A stretch of 60,859 nucleotides of DNA, filler included, from Basidiobolus ranarum (GCA_040143965.1; 11 parts of 11 records of this genome joined end to end with filler, not necessarily neighbours in it); one strand, 5' to 3'. Positions 47,829 to 60,859 are shown, counted from the whole stretch's first letter. A program made the numbers and translations. Notes: generated from the sequence alone by a model not told the origin.

Positions 47829-49639
47829 CATTTTGCTGAGGAGAATGTAGTACAATAATTTTTGGTTGAGCTCTCATTTAGAGTTAAGACCAGCAAAGTA
47901 TGTAGAGCAGTATATGCTTCAAATGTCATATGTTGGTAAAAGGACCTTTACTGCTGATTCTTTTCCACCATTGCTTTGCAGTATTTAAGATGTGTTGGGT
48001 TCTGGTTGTTATTCAAGAAAGAACACTAATATAGCTCTCATCTCATCAGCAATAATTGTCATAGAGTATCAATTCACAAACAGTGAGATATGATTCACAA
48101 GCCCACATGGATCAGAGTTATGCAAGGGAAGATAAAGAGTCAACTTCATCTCACCAGATGAAGAAAATAAATGTGTGCAATGCTTACCATCTACTTTATC
48201 TTCACCCAGATCCAAACAGTGACATCCACCACTTCTGAGCCTGAAGTAAGTATATTTTTAATTCTTGTGGTCAGTTTTGATTCCCCAATGTTGATCAAGT
48301 TGTTGCTCCATGTATCACAGTTTATTTCAGCAGTTTGGACCCAGTATGCTTGTCTAGGATACATTTTACAAAGTTGTAGCATGTGTAAGTTCTGAATTTT
48401 AATCTTAATGCAAATAGGGTGCAATTTTGTTCTGTGATAGAGCATTTAGCTTTGCTGATCTTGAAATTTGGCCCATGACATGTTGCTTGGCTTGCCAAAA
48501 GCATATTCTTGGCAATATTTGATAAGTAGATTATATTCTCCATTTTTGTAGAAGCTATAGATGAACTCAGTCCAAATTGAGCACATCTTTGCACTCGTTG
48601 ATTGTCTCTAGTTAATTGGCTTCCCTTAGGTAGACTTTGCTTCCATAAATTGGTTTTAGGCTAGAAAGCCAATATTTCTTTCTTGATATAGTTATGAAGC
48701 CCCTGAATTGATATATCTCATTTGAAATTCTGCATTCATGGTTACTGATTGGGCAGACACAAATAAATGCTCCCTATCAAAGCTTACTTCAGTTAATTGC
48801 TCCAGTTTTAGCTTTTACCATAAATCCTGTTCTGTATCCTGGATTCAACAGCCTAGTTTCTTGCATTTACTTGCAGATGATTTCTTTCATTCAGATGCAT
48901 CATAATAGAAGTCCATTTGATGTTTTACTGCCTCAAAAAAATCCAATCTGTATTATATTTCCATGTTACAGATCTCCTTAATTTGTAAATCAAAAGCCTA
49001 GCACCAACATGTTGTAATTTTTAGTCAAGCCATAATAGCCTAAGTACTAGTTAAGTTATGCTATATTTGGCATTGTCAGTATATTAATCCTATTAGTATT
49101 TTATCAAATCAGTTTTATCAGCACCTTGAGTAAATGATTAACTAGATATCAACCATTATTAGTCAGCAGCCAAATGAAGTTTCAGATGTTACTCAAAATA
49201 GGGCACACAATAGTTGTATGATAATATTCCTTGGAAGGTCACATAATTGTATACCTTTTCTACTAGTAGGTCACTTGATCATATTGACTATTCCAGCCAG
49301 GTATGTATCATCTGATTGCTGTACCACCTTGGGTGTCTTAGCCCATTAATATGCCATTCCATTATGATATAGCTAGGTTGTGACACAGTAATTTGATTAG
49401 TAATCAGTATATGAGCCATTGCTCATCCAATCTATCTGCAGAAGTATAAATATAGAAGTATCCCCTCAATAAATCCTTGTTCAATTTAGTAAATTCAATA
49501 CTAGCTGACTTGGCCCTCTAAGATATGTAGCCAAAAAAGAATTTTGACAATATTTCACTGTTGATGGCTTTTATCACCATTCTGATGCCACTATGAGATT
49601 CTGAATTAATCTTGCAGACTCTCAAAAGTGTTATCCAAT

Positions 49640-49804
49640 TTGGCCCAAAATGACTCAAATCAAAGCCAGGAGTTCCCTTATCAATCCATGGTGGGTAGTT
49701 TAATGTATACAATGGTTGGAACACGTCCAGACATTGCTGTAGCAGTGGGAACTGTCAGTCAATACCTCAAAAATCCAGGATCTGAGCACAAAACTGCAGT
49801 AAAA
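49640..49804 (+). mobile_element. Copia reverse transcriptase/connection fragment
   Basis: PYQSMVGSLMYTMVGTRPDIAVAVGTVSQY...P...H..AVK. Confidence 0.85.
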
Positions 49805-49904
49805 NNNNNNNNNNNNNNNNNNNNNNNNNNNNNNNNNNNNNNNNNNNNTTAATTAATTAANNNNNNNNNNNNNNNNNNNNNNNNNNNNNNNNNNNNNNNN
49901 NNNN

Positions 49905-51077
49905 CCCAAGGAGGATATACGGAAGCAGCGAGACTCAGAAATCCGAGGGCGTGGACATCGTTCTAAGGGGGATGTTAGATACGATGATGGTCTTACGGAA
50001 GAACAGTGGTTGGATGCCATAGAGAACGATGATGTGGACTTGGCCGAGTTAGTCACCGAGAAGCAAAGACATCGCCAAAGTAAAGATGCTGATGGAGAAG
50101 ACACTGATGGCTCAGAGTCCAAGCCTCTACCATCACGCAAACGTGGTAGAACCAAAAGATCCGATCAGTACGATGATGATACTAGCAGTAATGATCCAGT
50201 CAGGCGTAGTAGACAAAAAACCAAGGCGTTTGATGAGGATTCAACGAGAAAAAAACGGAAAGCTAAGGATCCCTATGGACCAGATCCTCTTGCACCACAC
50301 GTTCGTGAGACCATGACCCACTTGTTCCAACAGTTGTATGATGTGGTGGAGAATTGTATCGATCCTGAGGAAGATGATCGTCAACGTTGCTTATTATTCC
50401 TCGAACTGCCGAGCAAAAAGATCTATCCACAATACTACATCATGATTCAGCAGCCTATTGCTATGAATATTATCAAGAAGCGAATGAGAACCTCGTTCTA
50501 CAAAACAATTCTTCAATTTCGCGATGATTTCCATTTGATGTTCAACAATGCGAGATATTTCAACGAGGAGGGTTCTTGGGTTTATGTAGACGCGAATAAA
50601 ATGCAAGAAGCCTTTGACAGTAAATTTCAAGAATTATGTCCGAATGGATCTCTGCCTGGTGGCTATGGCAACAATGGCATGAACACTCCCGAGGGTGATC
50701 CTCAAGAAGTCACCTCCAAGCCTTTACACATGAATTCCGGTGGATCAGCCAATATCTTCGAAACAAATCTGCCCCAGCATACATACCAAGGCCTACCAAA
50801 TCCTCTCCAACCAGCTGAAGATAAATCTCCTCATTATCCAGCACCCCAGGCTGCTAATGTTCCCGTCAACGTGTTCAGTGTCTCCCAACCAGTACATCCC
50901 GAGAATGTTCCCTATACAAATTCATATACCAACTCCGCTGCCAATGTTGATGTCCGCACCATCCCACGCGTTGATAAGAACGCCACACCCTATCACAACA
51001 ACCCAACAGCCAGTTCATCCAGTGTTGTGCCGCCTCTTTGGCGTATGATGGATGATGATAACTACGACGAAGCCTAA
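49905..51077 (+). CDS. Snf2-family chromatin remodeller (Snf21/Sth1/Snf2-like), 3' partial: SnAC end + bromodomain
   Basis: Open from contig start: GRGHRSKGDVRYDDGLTEEQWL, then bromodomain LFLELPSKKIYPQYY..IQQPIAM...DFHLMFNNARYFNEEGSWVYVDA. Confidence 0.88.
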   Translation, partial: PKEDIRKQRDSEIRGRGHRSKGDVRYDDGLTEEQWLDAIENDDVDLAELVTEKQRHRQSKDADGEDTDGSESKPLPSRKRGRTKRSDQYDDDTSSNDPVRRSRQKTKAFDEDSTRKKRKAKDPYGPDPLAPHVRETMTHLFQQLYDVVENCIDPEEDDRQRCLLFLELPSKKIYPQYYIMIQQPIAMNIIKKRMRTSFYKTILQFRDDFHLMFNNARYFNEEGSWVYVDANKMQEAFDSKFQELCPNGSLPGGYGNNGMNTPEGDPQEVTSKPLHMNSGGSANIFETNLPQHTYQGLPNPLQPAEDKSPHYPAPQAANVPVNVFSVSQPVHPENVPYTNSYTNSAANVDVRTIPRVDKNATPYHNNPTASSSSVVPPLWRMMDDDNYDEA

Positions 51078-51561
51078 ACACAATGGTGGTTAATTTTGGT
51101 TCTACTTTATTACCACCCAAGCCATGGATTACTCCAAATTATAGAATTTTTTGATCACTTTTCCTTTGTTACGGAACTATATTTCTGGTTCCACCTTTGT
51201 ATTTATACTTTTAGCAGATAATATCTCGTCCCTATCACAACATGTTAGGTGTAAAAATGGCCTCCAGATTTTCTTCGTAAAAGTAGCACAAATTTACTCC
51301 ATAATAAATTCATACATATTGCATAAACCGAAGAGTGTCTCTTTTTATTGGGGTTTTCATGTAGATAAATCCCACAAAATAACCTTCAATTCTCTCCGTA
51401 AATAGTTCAAACGGTAGATGAATTGAACTGGATAAAATGGGGGGAGGGGAACACTTTTTCTGGATATTTACAGGTATGTCAGGAAGCCATGGAGTTCAAA
51501 TAAATGGGTGAAAAGGAGGGAGAGAGTGACAGTTTCTTTTGTTTTGTAAGTAAAGTTCTAT

Positions 51562-52086
51562 TTAATCTTCTTCCATAACTTCGTCTTCTGAAGGGACTTG
51601 GTCTTGTTGCATTAGTTTTGTTAGGTAAACATTGCAATCAGCTTGTAAAGTCCTGATGGAAGCTGACAAGTCATGGAGTGTACTTGAAGTAGTATCGGTA
51701 TCGATATCGATGTTGATTTCTTTCACTTTAAGTGTACCATGGTAATGAGTAGCTGAAGTCAATATCATAACAGTATATTCGTAAAGTAAAGCACCATGTT
51801 CATCGAGTTCATAATTTATAATCTTCGGGGCACGTGGAATGGAGTTGATTCGTTGAAAGGCTACTAGTTCATGATGAATATATTCCAACTCATCTATCGA
51901 TTTGACTTGACGCTCGAGTTGATGTTGAAATTGTTCTCGACTAAAGTTTTAAACAAACCGAAGAACATATTAAATATACGATAAAAGTGGAGTTTGGTAG
52001 CGAACTGGTATAAGTGTTGCAAAAAGGAGAAAGATTAAACTTCAGAAGAGTCGATAGGGAGTTTAACTTGGCCAAGAAATTTCCAT
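51562..52086 (-). CDS. small hypothetical protein with Gon7-like C-terminus (gene model tentative)
   Basis: Open last exon ~51940-51562 ending LHDLSASIRTLQADCNVYLTKLM plus an acidic tail. Two short upstream exons from ATG 52086 are possible. Confidence 0.4.
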
Positions 52087-54493
52087 TAAGCGTAAAGAAT
52101 ATTTATAGATAATCTCGGTGAATGATCAGTTTGCTGTTCCAAATTCTCTCAAAAGATAGGATTTCACTATAAACTGCCAGGTCTTCGTCTGGACGAGGCT
52201 CCATTATGTCACATAAAAACGCTTCTAAAGGATACTTCAACAACATGTGAGTGTTGAATAGTGGCAGTGCAACATTCACAAGGAATTTTAAGTAGTATAT
52301 AGATAGTGTCATCTCGATAGCTCTCCGCCGTGGGTGGTATTATTTTTTGAAATGAAATCCTCGAAAGCATGATCATATTCGACGAAGATCTGCAAGGCTC
52401 GTATGAACTTCATGAACCGCTCAGCTAATAGAGCCGAGGGAATAATTATTCTCGAATCAAACCCATTAGTATCTCTTCTCTCACTCTATGTTATCCTATG
52501 CCATTTTAGTGGTCCATTGGTTCGAAGCTCAAAAATTCGATCAGAACAGTGAACTAATAGAAGTTAAGCTACGCTTGGCGATACCAGAACACAAATAAGC
52601 TAGAATTTCTATCAAGTATAGTTGAACTATAAAATTAGTGGTTGAGTCGTATTCCAGAAGTAAAGGCAACTCTCCAGTATTAGTGATTTCAGAATGAGCT
52701 TGCACTAAATATCAAGAGCGCTATGAGAGCGTAAAACTTCGCTGTATATGCTATCCTACTAGGGCTAGCTGCCTCATGTAGAGCAGTTAATGTCCAGTAT
52801 TGAGTATCTTCATCTTCATCTTCACTCGACAGATACGGAGCGTTATTTGATTGTCCTCGAAGTCACAATCTTCACTTGGAAGATCTCTGTATATTGTAAT
52901 ACTTGATAGAGTGACTGAAGGTAGAGAAGGCTTACAAATTGGATTTTATGAAAAGCTAAAATCGAAGAGTCCGTAGAGCAATTTTAGTTATGTACGTTTC
53001 ATCTGCCCCTAACAGATTCGTGGCAAGCTCGAGAATTCCTCTTATCTGACGGAACATGGTTGTGCAACGTCTTGAAATATTTAAATATCATGCCATTTGA
53101 CTTCATTCACATCTCTAGCATATCTTTGACGATGAATTCATGCATCAATCCAATAGCACAGAAATCAACTCTTCATCCTCTGAAACGAGTGGTAGAACTT
53201 GTATCAACATAGATACTTACATCAAAACTTACACAAAATAAATGATTTTATCACTACGAAGGCAGGCAAATATCAAAGAATTTATTTCGCAATCAAAATG
53301 TATATAAAGCTGCAGGATAGCGTCTACCATAAAGAAAGTGGATTTAGAAACATGAAGAATCTGAAGGCAAACCTTGGGCATATTTACATCTCCAAAAGTT
53401 TTACGTGTTGGATCGGCTAAAAGCGGAATAAAATTGGCATGAATCAACTGTGTTTGAACCTCTATGTGATTAAATTCATTTCAATTGTCATTCTTTATCT
53501 CAAACATCTACGCGCCATAGAAAACTAGCATCAAAGACCAATATCGTTTTGTTACTAAATCACATAGAATCCCTGCCGCATGCCTATATACAATTTTCTT
53601 ATCTTCATATTTCAGTAACCCTTTCGACTTCCAGAGCTCCGACATTAACCAGTAACACTGTGATGTCCTCTAAAAAACGCTCAGGCTATTTACTGTTATG
53701 GCCGCCTAGAGCAAATTTACACTTCTGACTACCATTTCTAGAGAATAATTGAAGCGTAGTAATGGCCTTCAGTATTGCTTGTTCACTTTTTTCTGCTTAC
53801 ACGCATGTACCAGGGATTCCAAACGCTGTTCTTAAAAAAAGATAATTTACCAAAACTAGCTAGAAAGACATACATTTAAGTAAGTATAGATAGTATCTAC
53901 AACAAGGATGTTATGAAGTTACTCAGTTGTTAGAGGATCCTTAGATGTTAAAGACGGTTTGATATGATATTGTATAATTCCTGTTGGTAGTCAGGTTTAG
54001 CATCAAGAGAAGTGGTTATTACTATGTCAGCCACATATCAATATTTATCAATAAAGAGCATTTACTCAATCGAATTCAATATTGTTGAAGATCACTCACT
54101 CGATTAAAACATTATGAGTTTAAATTTGAAATCAAGCCATACTCGTTTTACAACGGCTCATCTTCCATTCAGAGATCTCATCGTCTACGCCACCTAGAAG
54201 TACGTGAAAGGTACTATGTATTTTTGATTATCGCTGATCCAATCTCATCATCACCATCATATCTAAGGTATGGATAATCTCTGCATCGTATGTTGGCTAC
54301 ATACTATCATACCACTTGCATTATTATTATTATTATCTAACATCTCCATCAATCTCTTGGAACCAATATATTCTTATCTCGAGTAAAGAACGACAAGTGA
54401 TCCAGATGTAATGTCGTACAAATGCACTATAAACACATCCGATGGGCTTCTAAAATTCTTGGAGTTCATCTTATTTCATCACATACCTTTACC

Positions 54494-55223
54494 ATGCTTC
54501 GTAACGCCTTGACATCAGTCTCTCGCGCCTCTTCTAGACAGTTTGTAACCCCAAACAGCTACTATGCATCCCAACTGTTCTTACAAACCCGCGCCCAGTC
54601 CACCTCAGTTAAGACTGAGGTATGTTCATCCCGTTATTCTATACTTGGTAAATACTAACCCAGTTTTGATCTTTTAGATGACCGTTCGTGATGCCCTGAA
54701 TAGCGCTCTAGATGACGAACTCGCCCGTGACGACAAGGTTTACTTGATGGGTGAGGAAGTTGCCCAATATAATGGTGCTTACAAGGTAAGTTACAACCAA
54801 TCACATTGGTTTTGTGGAGCTATGTTGACATTTCAGCAATCGTAGGTCTCGAAAGGTCTTCTAGACAAATTCGGTCCCAAGAGAGTTATCGACACCCCTA
54901 TCACCGAGGCAGGATTTACTGGTATAGCCATTGGTTCGGCCTTCAGTGGCCTTAAGCCAGTAGTAGAGTTCATGACATTCAACTTTGCCATGCAGTCTAT
55001 TGACCACATTGTAAACTCCGCTGCCAAAACCCGGTATATGTCTGGTGGTAATGTCACATGTCCTATCGTGTTCCGTGGTCCCAACGGTGCTGCTTCCGGT
55101 GTAGGTGCTCAGCATTCACAATGCTACGCCGCATGGTATGGATCCGTTCCTGGTTTGAAGGTTATCTCCCCTTGGAATAGTGAGGATGCCCGTGGTCTAT
55201 TGAAGGCAGCTATTCGTGATCCT
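54494..55223 (+). CDS. PDB1: pyruvate dehydrogenase E1 beta subunit, 5' part, interrupted after ...KAAIRDP
   Basis: Mitochondrial presequence; exons 54494-54619, 54678-54785, 54846-55223. Motifs [51 protein letters not shown]. Confidence 0.9.
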
Positions 55224-55434
55224 CTTGTTGCATGGCCTTTATTTGAATTACCTATTCTGTCCACTTTTCTTTACCTCCCCATTTACTATCAACCAGATTC
55301 ATTATTTACCACCTGGCTTAGACTAACATACTACNNNNNNNNNNNNNNNNNNNNNNNNNNNNNNNNNNNNNNNNNNNNTTAATTAATTAANNNNNNNNNN
55401 NNNNNNNNNNNNNNNNNNNNNNNNNNNNNNNNNN

Positions 55435-56586
55435 AATCATGGAAAAACCAAAAACCAGGTGTTACTCTGAAGGTTTGTGACTTATTTCATGTGGCTTATC
55501 CTGGGTTCTTCCAAGCAAATGGCAATAGGGTTAGTATAAGCCTATTCATGAAACATCTCAAAAATGTATACAATTATTGACTTGGAAAAAAAAGAAACAC
55601 AGCTAAAGAGGTACCAAAGGAGCAGGAGGTTAGTAAGCCCAAGGGAAAAGCAAAGGAGCTAGTGAGTGTAGGCTCTACTGTCCCACTTACCAAATTCTTC
55701 ACACCATTACAAAAATCTGCAATTCCAGAGTCAGATATACAGGCACAAAAGCTTAATTTCAATATGGAACCGGGTAGACCAGTTGGAAGAGTGCTAAATT
55801 TGGAAGTTTATCCAACACCTGGCACCTCTCAACAAGCCAAAACACCAGCAAATAAAACTCATGGCTCTCCAACCTCTACTGGTATGATTCAAAGTGTTGA
55901 AATTAGCCACTAAGTTAAAGCCAAGCAAAAAGCCACACAAACACCACAAAGCACCCTCAGTGGTATCATACTACAAGGACATACAAAAATAGTAAAAGTG
56001 CTTGAGGAGTATTTCCAAAAGTAGGAAGGGAAAAATGGAGTGCAAATATGCAGAAAGTGGCTTCAGAAGAAGAACATTCAACTTGACATTCACTCTGGTC
56101 TTGACCATGTAGATATCTGGGAAGAGCTTAATACAGAGTGGCACAATATTGCCAGGTATACACCAGATAGCTGGAAGAATATTGATTCAGCAATTTTAAT
56201 ACAATAGTGGGCTTTGATGGAGATATTGATACAAACTTGTGTTGGGTATGAGCTCAACCTTTGGTATGAAGAACTGTATAAAAATATTCAGGAGAATATA
56301 TCAAAGAGACTAAGGATTTTGAAGGTGACAAATTAGCATTCAAGTGGTAATTCTGTAAAATTTGAGTTATGCTTTTGCACATGTGTTGATCCATAGTTCT
56401 CTGAGCTTGTAGCCAATCATGCACAACTATTTTGGGAGATCTAGAAATTTCACTCCTGAAACTGAAAAAATTGATTAAAATCAAACCTAACTTGACACTT
56501 TTATGATGGTAGTAAACAGTCAATCCCAAATGGATTAAAATTGTGATGGTTTTCCTACAACAACAATCCTCAAATTTCTGTTAGGG
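55435..56586 (+). mobile_element. CMC/CACTA element right end, nested in a Copia protease region
   Basis: ORF2 3' part plus subterminal sequence ending CAAATTTCTGTTAGGG; the next bases CACTAGAAGCTCTGGGAGTG match Copia sequence at ~45095 (minus). Confidence 0.85.
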
Positions 56587-59460
56587 CACTAGAAGCTCTG
56601 GGAGTGTCAGAAGTTGAAGTGGATCTTGGGGCATCTCTGGGGACATGAATTGGACACTGAAAAATGTGATATAAGTGCCTGGGATAGCAAGAAATTTGTT
56701 ATCAGTGAGTAAAGCTATGTTTGAAGAATATAGCTTTAATTTTGCTCAAAGTGGCTCTACAAACATGGATCAAAAAGGGAGTTACATAGCCTCTGGAGCT
56801 AAGCAAAATAAGCTATATAAACTTCATTATATTATACCTATATATGAACAAGTTCATATTGCCACAGCTGAAGAGATAGACTGGAAAACCAGGCATAGGA
56901 GATTGTGTCATCTGGGAGCTGAAAATATGGGAAATTTAATCAAAATCAGGATGGTTTTGGAACTAAGTTTTGTAAATCCACCAGATCTGGAGCTATGTGA
57001 TGGTTACATATATGGTAAGCAATACAGACAGCTGTCTGTGGCCTCTGGAAAGAGCAAAACTGTTCAAAGATTGGGCCTGACACACTCAGATGTGTTTAGC
57101 CCAATGTTGACAAAATCCTTAGGTGGAAAAAGATATTTTATGACCTTTCTGTATGATAAGACAAAGTATGCTAGGGTGATCTTTCTGGCCAGTAAGAATG
57201 AAGCCTTTGATCTCTTCAAGAAATTCTAAGCAATGGTGGAGATTGAGACAGGTCTAAAGATCAGTATTATCCTTACCGATATTGGAGGGGAATATATCTC
57301 AAAACTCTTGTCTAACTTCAGCTCAAGCATGGGATAAGACAGCAGACTACAGTGCCATATTCCCCACAGCAGAATGGCGTAGCAGAATGTACCAACAGAT
57401 CAATAATGGAAAAGGTAAGATCAATGCTTCATGATCAAGATTTACCAAAAGATTTTTGGGCTGAATTGGTTGCAATTGCAGTACAAATTAGGAATAGATG
57501 TCCTTCTAGGTCTTTGCGGGCTATGACTTCTTATCAATCTTGGTTTGGAAGTAAACCTGATGTGGCTAATTTCTGAGTTCTTGGAAGTTCCACTTATGCA
57601 ACTATTCCAGACCAGAAGAGATCAAAATTACACCAAAAAAGCCAGAAATATCTTTTTTTGGGATATTACAATGGAACAAAAGGGTACACACTATGGGACA
57701 CTGAAAATAAGAGGCTAATCAAGTCAAGGGATGTGGAACTTGCCGAAGAAGAAAAATGTTCAATCAAAACAATCCAGGATCAAGAAAAACAACCAAAAAT
57801 TGAGGAAAATTCTTCTTTTTCTCATCACATCCTGATCAGCAAGAAAAACAATGAAAATTCCTCACCTGCATTCTCCTCAACCAAGCCTGAGGCGGTTTCA
57901 TTGCCTAAATTGGTACCAGAAGTTGTAATGCCAATTTCCCATCTTAGGAGATCCATTTGGATGAGATCTCTGCCTTATTACTACTCTCACACTTGCAAAA
58001 AGGAGCCTGGTGCTAATTTAGCCTTTTCTGATGAACCCAAATCAGTACAGAAGGCTATGGAGAGTCCCAACACAAAGTTTTGGAGTGCTGCAATGGCAGA
58101 GGAGTAGCAGTCACTCATAGATAGCCAAATTTGAACTTTGGTCATGTTACCTCATGACCAAAAATCAATTGGTGCAAATAGGTGTTTAAAGTTTAATGGC
58201 AAGCTGATGAATCTATAGGGAGATATAAAGCCAGACTTGTAGCTAAAGCATACTCTCAAATGGAAGGAGTGGACTGCAATGAAACATTTGCTCCTGTAGC
58301 AAAGTTTAATTCCATGAGAACCATACTAGCAGTAGCAGCAAAACACAGCTTAAAAATCCATGCAATTGGATGTTACAACTGCTTTTTTGAATGGGGACTT
58401 GGAAGAGGATATATTCTTGTATCAACCAGATGCTTTTGTGTATCCTGAGTGCCCTGAGGACATGTGTAAGCTACAAAAATCACTTTATGGACGTAAACAA
58501 TCACCCAGGGCCTGGTACACTAAGACAGACACATACTAGGAATAACTTGATTTCCAAAAGAGTATGGCAGATTCTGGGATCTACTTTATGACAGATAAAG
58601 ACAGTAAGGTGATAGTTGTCTTCTATGTAGATGATCTGATTATAGCTACCAATAATGATATAGCTCTCAGAAACACCAAAAGAAGATCTATCACTGGATA
58701 TACCTTTCTCTATGGTGAAGCAGCCATATCTTGGAATAGCAAGAAACAACCCTCCATAGCATATTCAACAACTGAAGCAGAGTACATGGCTGCATCACAT
58801 ACAACAAAGAAGGCTATGTGGCTAAGGAAACTGTGCAAAGACTTGGGCATTTCTCAAAGTTCATCCACCATAATTTTCAAGGATAATCAAAATTGTATTC
58901 TTTTAGCTAAGAATCCCAAATTTCATGCTAGAAGTAGGCACATTGACACTCAACATCACTTTGTTTGGGAAGCTATTGAGAATAAGCACAACCAATTACA
59001 GTACTGTCCAACTGGGGACATGATTGCTGACATCCTTACCAAACTATTACCCAAGCCAAAATTTGAAGAATTAAGATTCAAGTTAGGATTAAGATATATG
59101 AATATTTAGTTGAGTGGGAGTGTTGAAGTTTATTGTCTTTATCATATTTGTTGTCTGTATCCTTATACTCCTAACTATTTTGTATATTGCTTATAAGTTA
59201 GTTAACATTACTTAGTCAAATATCACTTAACAGAAAATGGGAACATATATTATATATATATGTGAATAAGGTGAGAATTAGCAATTGCATATTGGAAGTT
59301 TCAACCTTGTCCAAGTTGCCCCAAAGATCGCTCATTTTACTCCCACAGATGTTCTGAGCACAACCCCAGTGTTAGTTTTCTGTATTTCCACAAAAAAGTA
59401 CAAATGCTTTTTTTCTGGACAATAAACAATTATCTCACAAAGCTATTCACAACTCCACTT
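56587..59460 (+). mobile_element. decayed Ty1/Copia pol (protease end, integrase, RT, RNase H), PPT and 3' LTR-B
   Basis: Integrase [33 protein letters not shown]; RNase H STTEAEYMA, ADILTK; PPT AGTTGAGTGGGAG then TGTTGAAGTT at 59121. Many stops and an internal deletion. Confidence 0.92.
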
Positions 59461-59464
59461 TTTT

Positions 59465-59889
59465 TAACTCAAGTGTTGAACAGCTTGATAAAGAAAATTA
59501 CAATTTCTGGAAATTCAAGAAGCAAATCATGCTGGAACACAGGGAGCTTTGGGATGTAGTCTCTGGAGATGAAAAGGACACCTTCCGACCCTTCTTTATT
59601 TGAAGCTTACAAGAAAAAGACAAAAAGGCCTTTAATGTCATTTGTCAAAGTTTGAAGGATTCACAACTTGCGAATATTCAACATGTATAGACTTCCATCA
59701 AGCTTGGAGTATATTGGAAGAGTGTTATGAAGCAAAGAGTCTTGTTAATGGACTCTTTCTCAGACAAAAACTCTTCAATAGAAAGATGGAAAAGTCTGAC
59801 AGCTTGGTTACTGATAGTGTAAATGTGAGATCTTTGACAAAGCAACTGGAAAATATTGGTGCAACTTTAGAGGAAGAAGATGTCATTAT
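59465..59889 (+). mobile_element. Copia gag fragment
   Basis: Homologous to the reverse complement of ~45585-46005 (NYNFWKFK..., LEEEDVII). Confidence 0.8.
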
Positions 59890-60263
59890 TATTGGGAAAA
59901 TATGGGCTGTTTGGAGGAACTTTAGAAAAGTAGAGTTGTAAATAGCTTTGTGAGTTAATTGGTTATTGTCCAGAAATAAAGCATTAGTACTTTTTGGTGG
60001 AAATACAGCAAACTAATACTGGGGTTGCATTCAGAACATCTATGGGGGTAAAGTGAGCAATCTTTGGGGCAATTTGGCAAGTTTGAAAATTCCAATATGG
60101 AAATGCTAATTCTCACATTATTCACATCTATACAATATATGTTCCAGTTTTCAGTTAAGTGATATTTGACTAAGTAATGTAGCTAACTTATATGTGATAT
60201 ATGAAATAGTTAGGTGTATAAAGATAGAGATAACAAATATGATAAAGACAATTAACTTCAACA
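59890..60263 (-). mobile_element. Copia LTR-B (~374 bp, TG...TA)
   Basis: Reverse complement begins TGTTGAAGTT (as at 59121) and ends CCCAATA (as at 46067). Confidence 0.8.
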
Positions 60264-60289
60264 CTTATATGTGATATACAAATAGTTAG

Positions 60290-60859
60290 TTGTATGAAAT
60301 TTGGGATTCTTAGCTAAAGAAATGCAACTTTGATTATGCTTGACAATTATGGTGGGTGAACTTTGAGTAATGCCCAAGTTGTTGAGCATTGTTCTTAACC
60401 ACATAGCTTCCTTTGTTGTATGTGATGCTGCCATGTATTCTGCTTCGGTTGTTGAAAGTCCTATGGTGGGTTGCTTCTTGCTATTCCAAGATGTGACTGC
60501 TTCACTATAGAGAAAGGTATATCCAGTGATATATCTTCTGTACTCAATATCACGTCCCCAATCTGCATCACTAAACCCAATTAGATCCTTATTCTCATAA
60601 GAATATGTGTATCTTAATCCCATATCAATTGTCCCCTTCAAATAACTGAAAATCCACTTTACTGCTGCATAATGCTCAGAACCTGGGTTTTGCACATGTT
60701 AGCTGACTACTCCCACTGCAAAAGAGATACCTGGTTGGGTTCCAGTCATAGCATAGATCAAACTACCTACCATAGATTAATAAGGGAACTCAGGGCTTTG
60801 AAATGATATATTTTGAGCCACATTTGTCCAATTTTCATCATTTTGGATGGGATTTTTGA
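60290..60859 (-). mobile_element. Copia RT-connection/RNase H remnant
   Basis: GFSDADWG, SWNSKKQPTIGLSTTEAEYMAA, NQSCISLAKNPKFH. Confidence 0.88.

Noticed and set aside
47830-49000. Possible MULE/SWIM-finger transposase relic on the minus strand (FPCITLIHVGL*..SH)
   Set aside because: CpG-poor like a TE, but the motif is too degraded to support a call.
49010-49530. Another LTR-like segment (TGTTG start, TATAAATA, AATAAA)
   Set aside because: No second copy, TSD or defined end in this window.

Overview
This window is not one locus. It is 11 unlinked contigs of about 5.4 kb, sorted by decreasing length (1-5456, 5557-11009, 11110-16560, 16661-22108, 22209-27654, 27755-33196, 33297-38734, 38835-44270, 44371-49804, 49905-55334, 55435-60859), joined by artificial 100-nt N44-TTAATTAATTAA-N44 spacers. 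The source is an AT-rich fungus with short GT-AG introns. An early-diverging lineage (Zoopagomycota/Mucoromycota, e.g. Basidiobolus-like) is my inference only. Contig 1 holds 12 intact, intronless tRNA genes with 12 different anticodons plus 2 pseudogenes. Its first 111 bp recur exactly 5176 bp later, suggesting a collapsed tandem tRNA array. Host genes: WC-2-like PAS/GATA factor, DHA1 MFS transporter, Nrg1-like C2H2 factor, HsbA-like secreted protein (partial), dihydroxyacetone kinase, Snf21/Sth1-like bromodomain 3' end, a possible Gon7-like protein and an interrupted PDH E1-beta. A Crinkler-type REase+kinase gene lies 27 bp downstream of a truncated class-I hyaluronan-synthase-like ORF, and an in-frame splice fusion of the two is possible. 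Much of the rest is decayed, CpG-depleted transposons. These include Copia elements (two LTR families, one with a Ty5/copia-type half-tRNA PBS), a chromovirus Gypsy fragment, an LTR carrying heat-shock-element arrays, and a multi-copy CMC/CACTA-type DNA transposon with a CCCTAACAG terminus and an uncharacterised second ORF. All homology calls are by eye; no searches were run.
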